Virus record (IMG/VR): IMGVR_UViG_3300025853_000056
Length of the DNA stretch: 64,000 bases
Origin: an uncultured virus (IMG/VR IMGVR_UViG_3300025853_000056)
Lineage: Duplodnaviria > Heunggongvirae > Uroviricota > Caudoviricetes
Strand: one strand, 5' to 3'
Below are positions 37,386 to 48,531 of this stretch, piece after piece; position 1 is the first letter of the stretch, and each line of letters opens with the position of its first letter. The notes below the pieces were generated by a model. That model was not told where the DNA came from. It saw only the letters and a program-made list of their open reading frames with translations, and ran no database searches. A program made the translations under genes and the position numbers.

Positions 37386-40300
37386 ATGGCGAAAGATATT
37401 ATAATCACACCAGCATCTGGGAAAATAGATTTCTTAGATAATTCAGTGTCTAAAGCTTCTCTAACTTTAGATAGCAATAATGATTTACAAATCTCAAACG
37501 GTACGTCGCCAGCTACATTCAACACTACCACAGCTGGAGCTTCAGTTTTAAAAGTAACTGGAACAAATGGCACATTATTTGAAATAACTGATGACCTTAG
37601 TTCTTCATTAATGTCTGTTAATACTATAGCTGGATTGCCAGTCTTAGAAGTATTCTCAGATTATCATATCGTTGCTGGTAGATATAATCAAAATGATTTT
37701 TATCTTAATACAAATGGTAACTTAGGGTTAGGTACTGCAAGTCCATCTCAGCTTCTTCAAATAGTAGCAACTAATGCTGCTAACAATGGTATAACATTAC
37801 AGAATACTAATTCATCTGGAAATTCACAGGTAAGATTTTTAAATACATCAGGATCAGAAAGAGCAGCTATTACTTATATTAATAGTAGCGATGCAGTTTA
37901 TCATTATACATCAGCTGGAGGTAATCTTTTAAATTTGGTAGGAGCTAACGTTGGTATAGGTACTGCAAGTCCTACTGCTAAATTACATGTTAATGGAACG
38001 TTTGTATCAAACGCGATTTGGACGGATTCATCTTCGATAACTTATTGGGGAGGTTATGCTAGTGCATTTGGAGGGTTAACTTGGAATACTGGGATGGCTA
38101 GAGTGTTTGCTAATACAGGTAATAGATTAGAATTAGCAGCGAATCTTAATGTCGTCGGTGTAGCCATAGATACCAGTGGCAATGTTGGTATAGGAACAAG
38201 TAATCCTGTATATAACTTAGATATAGTAGGATCAGGTGGCGCTGATGATAGAGTGTTTCTTAGGGTTAAGAGTAACGCATCTTCAGGAGATGGCGACGCA
38301 ATTTTATATTTAGATTCTGCTCAAATTGGAGAGTCTGATATTGATTTCATGCATGATGGTTCTCTTAACTGGAGAATAAGAACAGGAGATGCGGCAGGTT
38401 CAACTAATACAAATTTAAATATTCAAAATGCTTCTTCTAATAACGTATTAACTCTCGAACAAGGTGGTTTCGTCGGTGTAGGGACTAATAATCCTGAAAG
38501 AAATCTTCATGTTTTCAAAGGTGAGTCAAGTGGGGCTGCAGCTAATTCAGATAGCACATTAGTTCTTGAAAATAGTTCTCATACTTATGTTCAGTTTTTA
38601 ACTCCTACTACATCAGAATCAGGTCTGTTATTCGGAGACAGCGATAATGATAGAGGAGCATTAACTTATAATCATAATACTGACTCTATGAATTTTAGAA
38701 TCGCTGCTAACACTAGGATGTTTATTAACAGCAGCGGTAATGTTGGTATAGGTCAAACTTCTCCAGTTACCAAATTGCATATTGCAGTTAATAATAGCTC
38801 CGTTCATGCGCCCACAGCTTATACTAATAATGGAGTAAAAGCATTAACATTAAGAACTCAAGAAGGCGATGGGTTGGAATGGCACTTAGCTCATTCTACT
38901 AATGGTTATACAGGTTGGGTTGCTGCAGCTAGGGTAAATAATACTGGCGGTAATTGGGGAAATGGATATTTAGAATTTACTACGGCTAGCTCAAGTTCGG
39001 GAGCTGGCAATGCAAATGTTTTAGTTTTAACAGGGACAGGTAATGTAGGTATAGGAACTGCAAGTACATCTCAAAAATTACATGTAAGTGGTAATTCATT
39101 AGTTACTGGTAATACATATATTGGAGATACTAATAGGTATTTCCAATCTAGTAGCAATGGGGTCCAATTTCAAACAGCGCATGGTTATATATTCTTGGGG
39201 CCAGATAATGCTAGTTGGGCTCACATTCAAACTGATAGGTCATCTTTCTATTTTAACAAGAGTCTTGCGATTAATGGCGGCATGGTTCAATCTTATGATG
39301 AAAATTTAGTGTTAAATGCAGCTGTTGACGCTGCCCGTGCTATTGAGTTTCGAAGTGGCGGCACTACATATATGTATATGACCGCAGGTAGCCTTGGTAT
39401 AGGTACTACAAGTCCCGGTTCAATACTATCAGTGGTAGGGACAACTGGTATTAATGTTAGCCCCGGCGCTTCTGGAACTTATGGATCATCATCGGCAATA
39501 AATAATTTAATATCTCTTACGATGCCATACGGAAGCTCTGCTGCTACAACTTCAAATGCAGGGGCTAGAGTTGGTATAGCGTTTCGAGGTGCAACATCAG
39601 ATCCTAATCCGTCATCCGACAATAATAAAACTGCTGCCATTTACGGAGTTTCAGAAGATACGGGGGCTGGTTATTCTAGGAAGATGGGTCTGGCTTTATA
39701 TACATCTTCATTTGACGCTACTGCTTCAGAAAGAGTCCGTATTGATGCTGACGGTAATGTTGGTATAGGTACTACAAGTCCTGCTAGAAAATTAGATCTT
39801 ACAGCAGCAGGTCAAATAACTTTTGGAGATGGCGTCACTGGGGATTATAATCAAGGTATTTATTGGAATTCTGGATCTGGCTATGGAATTTATAAAACAA
39901 GTGGAGCTTGGAGTTCGCCAAATTATCAGCAATTACAAATTAATTGGGATACTGGTATTGTATTAAATCCCGGCTCTGGAAATTATGGAAAATCTCATGT
40001 TGGAGTTCAAGGTGGTTTATCAGTAGGAGACTCCTATTACACCACTATGGAAGACAATGGTTTAATTGTCCAAGGTAGTGTTGGAATAGGGACAACTAGC
40101 CCAAGTTATAGATTGCAAGTGGTTGGAAATTCATATTTTGCTGCAGAACAAACTATTCAATATACCAACGCAATACAAACACTTCGAGGAAATACTGGAT
40201 ACAGCCTTATCCGTCTGTATGGCAATAGTAATGCAGTCGAGCTCCAAATGGACGCTCATAGGAGCAGTGGAGCCGGAAGCATCGGAACTTTTTCTAATAG

Positions 40301-43300
40301 TGATTTATATTTCAAGACAAACGATACAACTAGAGCAGCAATATTAAGTGGTGGTAGTGTTGGTATAGGTACAACAAGCCCTTCTACACAAACCCATATT
40401 TACGGAACTCTTACTGTTGATTCTTCTGGCAACTCTACAAACGCCTACACAGAAGGAATAAGACTTGGAGCTTCTAGCAATGGATATTCAATAGTAACGT
40501 TTGGGGCTAATGCTTCAGCATCAAGTGGTTCTCAAGCGAACCAATGGTGGATTGGAAGATATGGTGGCACTAATCATTTTAATTTTTATAACCCTACAGG
40601 TGGAAATGTCGTTAATATTAAGCTGGATGGTAACGTTGGGATTGGTACTACAAGTGCTTCAGTTAAACTTCATGTCGCAGTCAATACGACCAACAGTCAA
40701 TTTAGGTTAACACGCACAGGTACAGCTACGGGTGAGTTTGACATATATACTAATTCCGATACCCTTTACTTTAAAAATGTTGGAGGAGGAAATACAATTC
40801 CGCTTTCTGTTGATCAAAATGTATACGCTACTAATAAAGTAGCTATAAAAACAACAACTTTAGCAGGTTCTAATAATTTTCATGTATCTTCTGGTACAAC
40901 TGGCAGCGCTAGTAAGTCTAGTATTGCAGTAGTATCTGTAGCAGATAACTCTACTTTTAGTGGTGGTACAGCGGCTCTGCATGTTATTAATAGCGGTAAT
41001 AGAGGCACAACGGGTCATGGTAGTGGGTCGGATTTATTAAGATTAGAGTTTAGCGACGGCATACATACCTTATTTGATAAAGACGGTAATGTAGGTATAG
41101 GTACAACAACCGCCTCATCTACTTTACATGTCGTCGATGGAACTTCGGGTGCTTCGGTGCTAACCGTTGATGGCACAAACGGTACACTATTTTCTGTAGT
41201 AGATGATTTAAGTGATTCATTAATGTCAGTTAATGATGCCGCCGGTCTTCCTGTTTTAGAAGTGTTTGCTGATAGTCATATTGTTGCTGGTCGATACGGC
41301 CAAAATGATTTTTATCTTGATACAAATGGAAATTTGGGATTAGGTACTGCAAGTCCTACTTCTGCTAAACTAGAGGTTAGAGGTAGGCAGTATAACCTTC
41401 ATACGGTTGCTGACGAGACTGTTCTTCATCTATATAATAGTTCTACATCGGGTTATGGTACATATATTAGAGTTGATAATTCAGATGTTAGCAGATATGC
41501 CTTAAGAATAGATAACGGTGGATCTCAAAACCTCACTGTCCCTAATAGTGGCGGATTAATTCTAGCTAATTTAACAGATAATGTAGATCAGGTAAAAATT
41601 ACCAGAGCAGGATATTCAACTACTCACGCTGATGCCAAATTATATATTTATGATAATAGTAATGCAGATTGGGCGCAAAAAATCAGTTTAGACGGCTATA
41701 GTTATGGATTGAGAATTGATGGTTTTACCACTCACGGTTTAGAGCTTATTCACACTAGTTTAGGTACAGTTTTTGTTACGACATCAAGTGAGCTAGTAGT
41801 TAATCAGGCGGGAGCAAATTACGATTTCAGAGTACAAGGCGATACAGATACTAGTTTATTAGTTTGTGATGCTAGTGCAGATCGGGTGGGAATAGGAACT
41901 TCAAGTCCTTCTCAAAAATTACATGTTGTTGGTGGTAATATTCATGTTGGTTCTAGTGGATCTAGTTTCTTAGTTTCTAATGGGTACGGTTATTTTCAGG
42001 ATTATTCTAGCTACGGCGCAAGGCTAGGAAGAATTAGTTTCATTAACATGAATAGCGGCGGATCTAACTGGGATAATTATGCTTATCATGGTATAGGAAG
42101 TACTGACGCTAGTGCAAATTTTGGAGACTCTATTTCTATTAATAGTTATAATGATATAACTTTAAGATTAGATAGTAATAACAATAATTCAGCCAGTTAT
42201 TTCCGTATTATGAATAATACGACTGGCAATAATATTATTTCTTATATAGGTTTTGATGGTACTTATTCTACTGCGCAATTGCCATCTTTTGTTGGGGTTA
42301 ATTCTGGGCCTACGACTAGTTATAATTTAAATGTAAACGGCAGTGTTAATGCAACTACTTATTATGGTAATGGTTCTAATTTAACTTCTGTTAATGCTGA
42401 CACCGTAGATGGTTATCAGGCCGCTAATTTACAGAAAATATATACTGGTACTGTTACTTTTCAAAATTCATATGTTAATGCGTTTAAAGTAACTGGTGGA
42501 TCAAGTTTAAGCTCTGCTATTAGAGTTAGAGTTTCTGGTACTAGTGGCAATGTAGTAGTAACCTCGATTTTAGATATTGTTGTATGTCATTCAGCTGATA
42601 TTTCCATAACATCTCAAAGCGGTAATTACACTGAGTTAACAGTTAAAGTTACTTCTGATAATAATCAAAATTATGATGTAGCTTTTAAACATAATGGTAG
42701 CACTTCTACTTCTGTGGGGTTACAAGTATTAACTTATAATAATGAATCAATAACATTTACTTCATCAACCACCTACAGTAGCACATCGCTTGAGCATGTA
42801 GCTAAGGTTGGTAGTTTAAGTACGTCATCCACTGGAGGAACTGGTTTAACTGTCCAAGATAATGTTGGTATAGGTACTACAAATCCTTCTCAAAAATTAC
42901 ATGTTATTGGCAATACCTATATTGCAGGAAATCTAGGTATAGGAACCTCAAGCCCTACTGGAAATTTACACATTCAGAAAAGTACTGCTGGCGCACTTTT
43001 TGAAAGTTCAGGATCTACCAACTATACTGGAATAACTTATTTGGGAGATACAAGCAATAATTTTTGGAGTTCTTCTCTTATTTTAAATAATGCTAATGGA
43101 ATATTTGAGATACGTAATAATTCAAGCAGTGCGGCTATTGCTATAAATACATCTGGAAATGTTGGTATAAACACTACAAGTCCTACTCAAAAATTACATG
43201 TTAATGGTAATGTTACAGCTACGGCATATTATGGTGATGGTTCTAATTTAACTGGTATTAGTACAAGTTCGAGTTCTAATACTCAATCTCAAAAATCTGG

Positions 43301-43613
43301 AACCACAACACTGACATTAAATGTTGGTTCTTATGCTTTGCATGTGGTGCCTTTAGCTAATGGAACAACAATAAGTAGTATAACTTATTCTAGCGCTCCA
43401 AGCAGTGGAACAGTTTCTTCTATAATAGTAATTTTAAAATATAGTGGTACAGCTACGGTTACGTGGACTAATGTTATATGGTCTGGGGGAGTTACTCCTA
43501 CTTTAACAGGTTCTAGTGGAAAAGGAGATGTTTTCAGTTTAACATCTTATAACGGAGGCAGTAATTGGATAGGAGCTGTGGTAGCTCAAAACTTAGACAG
43601 TACTAATTTATAA
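37386..43613 (+). CDS. Modular fibre protein with GNVGIGT repeats
   Basis: Many GNVGIGT repeats; duplicated DDLSxSLMSVN..AGLPVLEVF module; C-terminal WSGGVTPTLT...DVF domain. Confidence 0.8.
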   Translation: MAKDIIITPASGKIDFLDNSVSKASLTLDSNNDLQISNGTSPATFNTTTAGASVLKVTGTNGTLFEITDDLSSSLMSVNTIAGLPVLEVFSDYHIVAGRYNQNDFYLNTNGNLGLGTASPSQLLQIVATNAANNGITLQNTNSSGNSQVRFLNTSGSERAAITYINSSDAVYHYTSAGGNLLNLVGANVGIGTASPTAKLHVNGTFVSNAIWTDSSSITYWGGYASAFGGLTWNTGMARVFANTGNRLELAANLNVVGVAIDTSGNVGIGTSNPVYNLDIVGSGGADDRVFLRVKSNASSGDGDAILYLDSAQIGESDIDFMHDGSLNWRIRTGDAAGSTNTNLNIQNASSNNVLTLEQGGFVGVGTNNPERNLHVFKGESSGAAANSDSTLVLENSSHTYVQFLTPTTSESGLLFGDSDNDRGALTYNHNTDSMNFRIAANTRMFINSSGNVGIGQTSPVTKLHIAVNNSSVHAPTAYTNNGVKALTLRTQEGDGLEWHLAHSTNGYTGWVAAARVNNTGGNWGNGYLEFTTASSSSGAGNANVLVLTGTGNVGIGTASTSQKLHVSGNSLVTGNTYIGDTNRYFQSSSNGVQFQTAHGYIFLGPDNASWAHIQTDRSSFYFNKSLAINGGMVQSYDENLVLNAAVDAARAIEFRSGGTTYMYMTAGSLGIGTTSPGSILSVVGTTGINVSPGASGTYGSSSAINNLISLTMPYGSSAATTSNAGARVGIAFRGATSDPNPSSDNNKTAAIYGVSEDTGAGYSRKMGLALYTSSFDATASERVRIDADGNVGIGTTSPARKLDLTAAGQITFGDGVTGDYNQGIYWNSGSGYGIYKTSGAWSSPNYQQLQINWDTGIVLNPGSGNYGKSHVGVQGGLSVGDSYYTTMEDNGLIVQGSVGIGTTSPSYRLQVVGNSYFAAEQTIQYTNAIQTLRGNTGYSLIRLYGNSNAVELQMDAHRSSGAGSIGTFSNSDLYFKTNDTTRAAILSGGSVGIGTTSPSTQTHIYGTLTVDSSGNSTNAYTEGIRLGASSNGYSIVTFGANASASSGSQANQWWIGRYGGTNHFNFYNPTGGNVVNIKLDGNVGIGTTSASVKLHVAVNTTNSQFRLTRTGTATGEFDIYTNSDTLYFKNVGGGNTIPLSVDQNVYATNKVAIKTTTLAGSNNFHVSSGTTGSASKSSIAVVSVADNSTFSGGTAALHVINSGNRGTTGHGSGSDLLRLEFSDGIHTLFDKDGNVGIGTTTASSTLHVVDGTSGASVLTVDGTNGTLFSVVDDLSDSLMSVNDAAGLPVLEVFADSHIVAGRYGQNDFYLDTNGNLGLGTASPTSAKLEVRGRQYNLHTVADETVLHLYNSSTSGYGTYIRVDNSDVSRYALRIDNGGSQNLTVPNSGGLILANLTDNVDQVKITRAGYSTTHADAKLYIYDNSNADWAQKISLDGYSYGLRIDGFTTHGLELIHTSLGTVFVTTSSELVVNQAGANYDFRVQGDTDTSLLVCDASADRVGIGTSSPSQKLHVVGGNIHVGSSGSSFLVSNGYGYFQDYSSYGARLGRISFINMNSGGSNWDNYAYHGIGSTDASANFGDSISINSYNDITLRLDSNNNNSASYFRIMNNTTGNNIISYIGFDGTYSTAQLPSFVGVNSGPTTSYNLNVNGSVNATTYYGNGSNLTSVNADTVDGYQAANLQKIYTGTVTFQNSYVNAFKVTGGSSLSSAIRVRVSGTSGNVVVTSILDIVVCHSADISITSQSGNYTELTVKVTSDNNQNYDVAFKHNGSTSTSVGLQVLTYNNESITFTSSTTYSSTSLEHVAKVGSLSTSSTGGTGLTVQDNVGIGTTNPSQKLHVIGNTYIAGNLGIGTSSPTGNLHIQKSTAGALFESSGSTNYTGITYLGDTSNNFWSSSLILNNANGIFEIRNNSSSAAIAINTSGNVGINTTSPTQKLHVNGNVTATAYYGDGSNLTGISTSSSSNTQSQKSGTTTLTLNVGSYALHVVPLANGTTISSITYSSAPSSGTVSSIIVILKYSGTATVTWTNVIWSGGVTPTLTGSSGKGDVFSLTSYNGGSNWIGAVVAQNLDSTNL

Positions 43614-43614
43614 A

Positions 43615-44334
43615 ATGTTAACATTAAAAGGACAAAATAATTTACTGCCTTATAATACTGGTGTAGGAGAGCGTAAATATTTAGCTGTTAGGTGGGAGGG
43701 AATGAATACCACAAGTGGTACTCCCGGTTATAGCAACTCTATTTATGAAATATATTTTTTTGCTGATGGTTGGTGCGAATTAAGAATCGGTAATTGGTCG
43801 GGTTCAAATCAAGTGGCATCGGGAGTTTACACTTCTCAAGGTTACGGTTGGAGTTTTGCAAATGCTGTATCTGCAGATACTTGTTACGTATTTTTCCTTA
43901 GTTCGTATACAACCTTTTCTTATTTAGCTAGTTCAGTCAATTATTACTATTATAATCACGCTTATGAGAATGGTCTTATTGTGTCAAAAACGACTTCATC
44001 TGCGAGAGCTCCATTATTAGGTAGCAGTGCAATAGCTTCAGCTAATTGGCCCCCAACGGGTTGGACTAGTATGCAGTCTCAATCAGCAGATGATCAAGCT
44101 TTAAGTTTATCAGTAGTTACAAATTGGCAACAGAGTTATGATGTGTTATATTCTTGGTATACCTATAAATCATTATCTGATATATATATAGTAAGTAATG
44201 GATATATAACTTTTGGTGGAAGTAGCACAGCGTATTCTGGTTTAAGTTATACAAACCCTGCGATAGATAAACTTATGATAGGAGCTAATGATAGAAGTCA
44301 TCAACAAGTAGCTTGGAAAATAGGATATAAATAA
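43615..44334 (+). CDS. Putative virion/fibre-associated protein
   Basis: Ser/Tyr/Trp-rich ORF, 1 nt after the fibre gene. Confidence 0.55.
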   Translation: MLTLKGQNNLLPYNTGVGERKYLAVRWEGMNTTSGTPGYSNSIYEIYFFADGWCELRIGNWSGSNQVASGVYTSQGYGWSFANAVSADTCYVFFLSSYTTFSYLASSVNYYYYNHAYENGLIVSKTTSSARAPLLGSSAIASANWPPTGWTSMQSQSADDQALSLSVVTNWQQSYDVLYSWYTYKSLSDIYIVSNGYITFGGSSTAYSGLSYTNPAIDKLMIGANDRSHQQVAWKIGYK

Positions 44335-44335
44335 T

Positions 44336-45079
44336 ATGGCAGTTTTACCAAATGATCCGCTTATATGGTTTGATTTTTCTCAAGGAAATTGTAATCCAGT
44401 TTCTTTGACTACCCCTAATTTAGGGACAATGGGGGGCGTTTTAAATTGTACTAGTGGGGTAACATTTAACGGTAACATTAATAGTGGTGTTATGGTGTTA
44501 AATAATACAAATAGTTCATCAGGAATAAGTGCTTATATGGATGTTTATCAACAGTCTCTGACAGCGCCATTACATCGAGATTCTACATGGGTTATAACAA
44601 TTTGTTATGCTGATACGGTTCCTACTACAAGTTTTTTCCCTCTATTTTCTATGGGTCCTTCATGGGGTTTCGCATATATAGCTACACAGGGTTCATCGCA
44701 AATACGTTTTGGTGGTGTTCAAACTTTTGCTACTACTTATCCTACTGCAAAAAGATTTTATACTTTTATAAGAACTTCTAGTTCAAATGATTTTTTTAAT
44801 GCGTGTAAAATATATGATCATTATAGTGGAAGTTATTCTTTAAATTACAGTTTAAGCGCTCCTTTAGGCTTTATAGATCAAAATTTTTTAGGAACTCCAA
44901 GCAGTAGTACAAATGGAATAATTCGCTTAGGGGCATATTATACTGCTGCAAGTGGTTACAATGCAAATCTTATGATAGGAGATTTTGCTTATTGGCCTTA
45001 CGGGATGAGTTCTGCTCAGGTAGATGATGTGATAAGTTATCATAAGCATAGATATTCTCAAAATCCAGTTTTACCTTAA
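44336..45079 (+). CDS. Putative LamG/concanavalin-like lectin domain protein
   Basis: LIWFDFS N-terminus and IRLG...IGDFAYWPYGMSSAQV C-terminal pattern. Confidence 0.5.
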   Translation: MAVLPNDPLIWFDFSQGNCNPVSLTTPNLGTMGGVLNCTSGVTFNGNINSGVMVLNNTNSSSGISAYMDVYQQSLTAPLHRDSTWVITICYADTVPTTSFFPLFSMGPSWGFAYIATQGSSQIRFGGVQTFATTYPTAKRFYTFIRTSSSNDFFNACKIYDHYSGSYSLNYSLSAPLGFIDQNFLGTPSSSTNGIIRLGAYYTAASGYNANLMIGDFAYWPYGMSSAQVDDVISYHKHRYSQNPVLP

Positions 45080-45081
45080 AA

Positions 45082-45651
45082 ATGAATAGTACAAATTTTT
45101 ACCAGATATCAATTTCAGGAAGTGTTTACGACATTTTAAATGGTCCTTCAGCACTTCCTGTTACATTTTATAATACATCTAATTTTGATAACTTGGAATT
45201 TAGTGATCCTAGTTTATTGACAGGTTTAAATTGGATGGGGCATCCAGAAGTTGGTTTTTGGAGCGGAATAGATACAAATTCTATTCCAGAACATGATTTC
45301 ACTCAAAATGTAAATTCATCTACTGAGCTAGTTCCAGAAAGTGGTTTAGTAAAAGTTACATATTTTTTAACTGAAAGATCAGATTTAGAGATATCGGGAT
45401 CTGTTAATTCGTGGCAAAATCAAATAAGACAAACTAGAGACCAATATTTACAGATGACAGATTTTACTCAGTTGTCTGATGTGCCTATTTCTACTGGGTT
45501 TAAAGAAGAGTATAAGGTCTTTAGGCAAGAGTTAAGGGAGATGTTTGATGATGTTGGCCCTACTGGAACTGGATTAGTTTGGCCTGACATGCCAACTGGA
45601 GTTCCTAATATTGATTTGCCACCATTACCTCCATTTCCACCATTGGTATAA
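45082..45651 (+). CDS. Tail fibre assembly chaperone-like protein
   Basis: IRQTRDQYLQMTDFTQLSDVP...FRQELREM...VWP. Confidence 0.75.
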   Translation: MNSTNFYQISISGSVYDILNGPSALPVTFYNTSNFDNLEFSDPSLLTGLNWMGHPEVGFWSGIDTNSIPEHDFTQNVNSSTELVPESGLVKVTYFLTERSDLEISGSVNSWQNQIRQTRDQYLQMTDFTQLSDVPISTGFKEEYKVFRQELREMFDDVGPTGTGLVWPDMPTGVPNIDLPPLPPFPPLV

Positions 45652-45673
45652 ATTAGTGTAAACATATAAAGAT

Positions 45674-46156
45674 ATGGTTTCTTACAGTGTACATAATTTA
45701 GCTGACGAAATATTCGCTAATGAATTTGATTATGATAGTGGATATGCGCAATTTTATTTTATTAGTGGATGGTTGGCTAATAACATTGGCCAATTAAACA
45801 CAAAAATTTATACAGAATTTGAAGTCGTAAGTGGCAATTTCACTCCAACAGGAGAATTCAAACAAGAAGAAAGAGCTATTTATAAACAAATGTATTTGTA
45901 TGAATTTTATACTAAAAAGACGCGCCAAGTTTTGCGCGGCGTCGATTCTTCTGTTGATTTCGTTTCTTTGAGAGAGGGTGACACAATGATCACTCGCACA
46001 AATAAAAATGAATTAGCTAAAACTTATAGAGGCTTAGCTAACGACGCAAAAACTGAAATGGATCAATTAATAGATTCTTATAAAATATTTCAAGCAGCTC
46101 CCATTCAGGTCGCTGGCTTTGATGGATCTCCTCTAGCAAGTGGATCAGCTTATTAA
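45674..46156 (+). CDS. Putative head-tail connector/adaptor
   Basis: Size, helical pattern and position near neck genes; inference. Confidence 0.4.
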   Translation: MVSYSVHNLADEIFANEFDYDSGYAQFYFISGWLANNIGQLNTKIYTEFEVVSGNFTPTGEFKQEERAIYKQMYLYEFYTKKTRQVLRGVDSSVDFVSLREGDTMITRTNKNELAKTYRGLANDAKTEMDQLIDSYKIFQAAPIQVAGFDGSPLASGSAY

Positions 46157-46182
46157 CATAAATCAAATACACGAATAAATAA

Positions 46183-46212
46183 AAAAACCCCGTCCGACTG
46201 GACGGGGTTTTT
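46183..46212. terminator. Bidirectional terminator between convergent genes
   Basis: AAAAACCCCGTCC-GACT-GGACGGGGTTTTT. Confidence 0.9.
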
Positions 46213-46225
46213 GCTTTGAGAGTTA

Positions 46226-47611
46226 TTAACCTAATTTTCCAGTTCCTAGCTTGAAGAAATCGGTTATAATTGAATCTGGTTGAGGATAGCTTCCAGACAT
46301 AAATACGCCAGCTGTTGTATCATTAGCACCACCTAGCTGAACTGTGTAAGTAATATCTACAGATTGATTATCACCAATAGCTTCTGAATATGTTTCAGAT
46401 ACCAATTGAGCATTTTTAATTTCGTAACGTATTTTAGGATTGGGGCTTGATGAATCAGTGTCGTTAAGAATAACTGCAAAATTATATTTACTGGTATCAG
46501 CCATTGTGTCAAACAAGTTCAGCGCTTTTAGTTCAGAAACAACAGCGCTAATACTTAATTCCATATTAATAGGAACATCAACAACCCTTGTGTAACCAAA
46601 GACGCTACCTAATCTTTGTAAGATAGTTCTTGTTAAAGGAATTGAGAAGCTAAAAGATTGGATGTGTGCTGAATTAGCTCCGCTGATAGCTACGCCACCA
46701 TTGCCTTCTGGGAATTGAATAGTAATATCGCCGGGACGAAGAGCGCTTACGGTAGAGTTTCCTGTTGTGAATCCTGTGAAGTTCAGAGATGAATAATCTG
46801 AACCAGTAAAATCTCTAGAGTAATCTAATTTATAAGCTTTACCGCTTGCAATATCGTCAAATTTTACAGCGGGAGTCGTGAATAAATTAACTGCTGGGCT
46901 ATGTCCTGAGATAAAGGTCGCATTAGATCCTACTTCACTAGAGGCAGGTGCTGAGCTTGTGCTCACTGAAACTGGTGCTATGTTAGCATCAGTTTTAATA
47001 TTAAAGGCTTCTACAGTTACAGTAGCTGTTGGGAGACCACCAACAGCAGCTTCGAAAGAGTAATCTGTGATAAATCCATTTCCAATTGACACAACGGTAG
47101 AAGTAGGAGATAGTACGTCATTTTGTCCAACGACATCTTCACCGTCTTCAACTGTAAGAATATAAAAATTATTTCCTTGTAAATCTTGAAGAAGTCCTGA
47201 TATAGATTGAGCGCCTAAAAGTCCAGTGGACATATTATCGTCTGTTACTCCGGCTCCTAACCCAGTTAAATTGAATCCCATTAATCTTTCATTATAACCA
47301 TCAGTTACATAATAACTGAAATCAAGACCAACTGTGGGTGGTTCTGTAACGAGGGTATCGATACGAGCTAGTTTACCGAATTCATTAACATCTTGACGAT
47401 TTAATGTGAAGTTGAAATTGCAGCTTTGAATGCGGTCCATTTTTTTCAACAAAGAAATACCTGAACCTAATTCTCCTGTGCTTATTGGCCCATATGGAGC
47501 TGATGACTTAGGCTCTGTTCCAGCAGATCCAACTCCGCTGACTTGAGCTCCAGTAGCGCTAGGAGCGATGAATAAAGCTTGACTTTGATAAATTACACGA
47601 TTTCTTGCCAT
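46226..47611 (-). CDS. Major tail (tube) protein
   Basis: MARNRVIYQS, RIQSCNFNF..RQDVNEFG, HIQSFSFSIPLTR; last gene of the neck operon before a strong terminator. Confidence 0.65.
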   Translation of the reverse strand: MARNRVIYQSQALFIAPSATGAQVSGVGSAGTEPKSSAPYGPISTGELGSGISLLKKMDRIQSCNFNFTLNRQDVNEFGKLARIDTLVTEPPTVGLDFSYYVTDGYNERLMGFNLTGLGAGVTDDNMSTGLLGAQSISGLLQDLQGNNFYILTVEDGEDVVGQNDVLSPTSTVVSIGNGFITDYSFEAAVGGLPTATVTVEAFNIKTDANIAPVSVSTSSAPASSEVGSNATFISGHSPAVNLFTTPAVKFDDIASGKAYKLDYSRDFTGSDYSSLNFTGFTTGNSTVSALRPGDITIQFPEGNGGVAISGANSAHIQSFSFSIPLTRTILQRLGSVFGYTRVVDVPINMELSISAVVSELKALNLFDTMADTSKYNFAVILNDTDSSSPNPKIRYEIKNAQLVSETYSEAIGDNQSVDITYTVQLGGANDTTAGVFMSGSYPQPDSIITDFFKLGTGKLG

Positions 47612-47670
47612 AATATTTTTAAGTTAAATTGTTATTTTTATTTACAGTTTATACTAGATGTTGTGAAATT

Positions 47671-48531
47671 TTATAATCGCGGATATCTGCTAGTTTTTAT
47701 TTCGAAGTCAATAAATCCTATATTCATATCAGGATTTAATTGTTTTAGATCGTTGTCTCTGATTTTAGAAGTTTCGACATCATCTATATAAAATTTTTGA
47801 GCTGAATTAGCTGAATTAACGGCTTTATAATCATATCCAGTTGGATAAACGCCGCTTTTTACTGCGCCAAACTCTCCTATGGGATGCCCAGTCATTGGGA
47901 TCTTATTAAATGTTTCATTGAAAGAATCAGCAAAAGTGCTTAAAATCCCATCTAATTGATAAAGATTTTCACAGAAGGCTACAGCTTTAACGTAACAGGT
48001 TGTTAGGTCTTCTCCTCCAAAAGCAAAAGGTTGATTGTCCATTTGTTCCATAGAAACAAATACGCACGGAGTAGCTGGAGTATAAGGAGGAATATAATTT
48101 TCAGTAACAGTAAATCTGCTATTTGTGATATATTTATTTTGAATTATTAATTTTTCTTCAGTTTGATCTGTTATATAGCTATTTATTTCTTTAACAGAAT
48201 AAGTTCCTGATATATCTAATCCAGTTGAAACGCCGCTATTAAAAATAATTCGACCATTATCGAAATCAAATCTCATGCCGCTCGTTCCTGTCGGAACGAA
48301 TGCACTGTCAATTGTCACTCCGCTAGGGATAGTCGCTCCAGTAATACTATTGTCATAAACCCATTGTTTATATGGAGATCCATAAACGACTTTGCTATCA
48401 CCTAATCTATCATCAGAATAATTATAAAATTTTGTTGTGTATGTTTTATATGCTTCTACTTTCTTTAGTAAGAAATTATCGAACCAAAGAAAAAAACTAC
48501 TCACTACATCGTGCGAAAATGTTGGTTTCAT
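47671..48531 (-). CDS. Putative tail terminator/completion protein
   Basis: Position before the tube gene; PCVFVS and GFIDFEI strands. Confidence 0.45.
   Translation of the reverse strand: MKPTFSHDVVSSFFLWFDNFLLKKVEAYKTYTTKFYNYSDDRLGDSKVVYGSPYKQWVYDNSITGATIPSGVTIDSAFVPTGTSGMRFDFDNGRIIFNSGVSTGLDISGTYSVKEINSYITDQTEEKLIIQNKYITNSRFTVTENYIPPYTPATPCVFVSMEQMDNQPFAFGGEDLTTCYVKAVAFCENLYQLDGILSTFADSFNETFNKIPMTGHPIGEFGAVKSGVYPTGYDYKAVNSANSAQKFYIDDVETSKIRDNDLKQLNPDMNIGFIDFEIKTSRYPRL

Noticed and set aside
29860..43613. Diversity-generating retroelement acting on the fibres
   Set aside because: No reverse transcriptase and no adenine-specific TR/VR pair was seen in the window.
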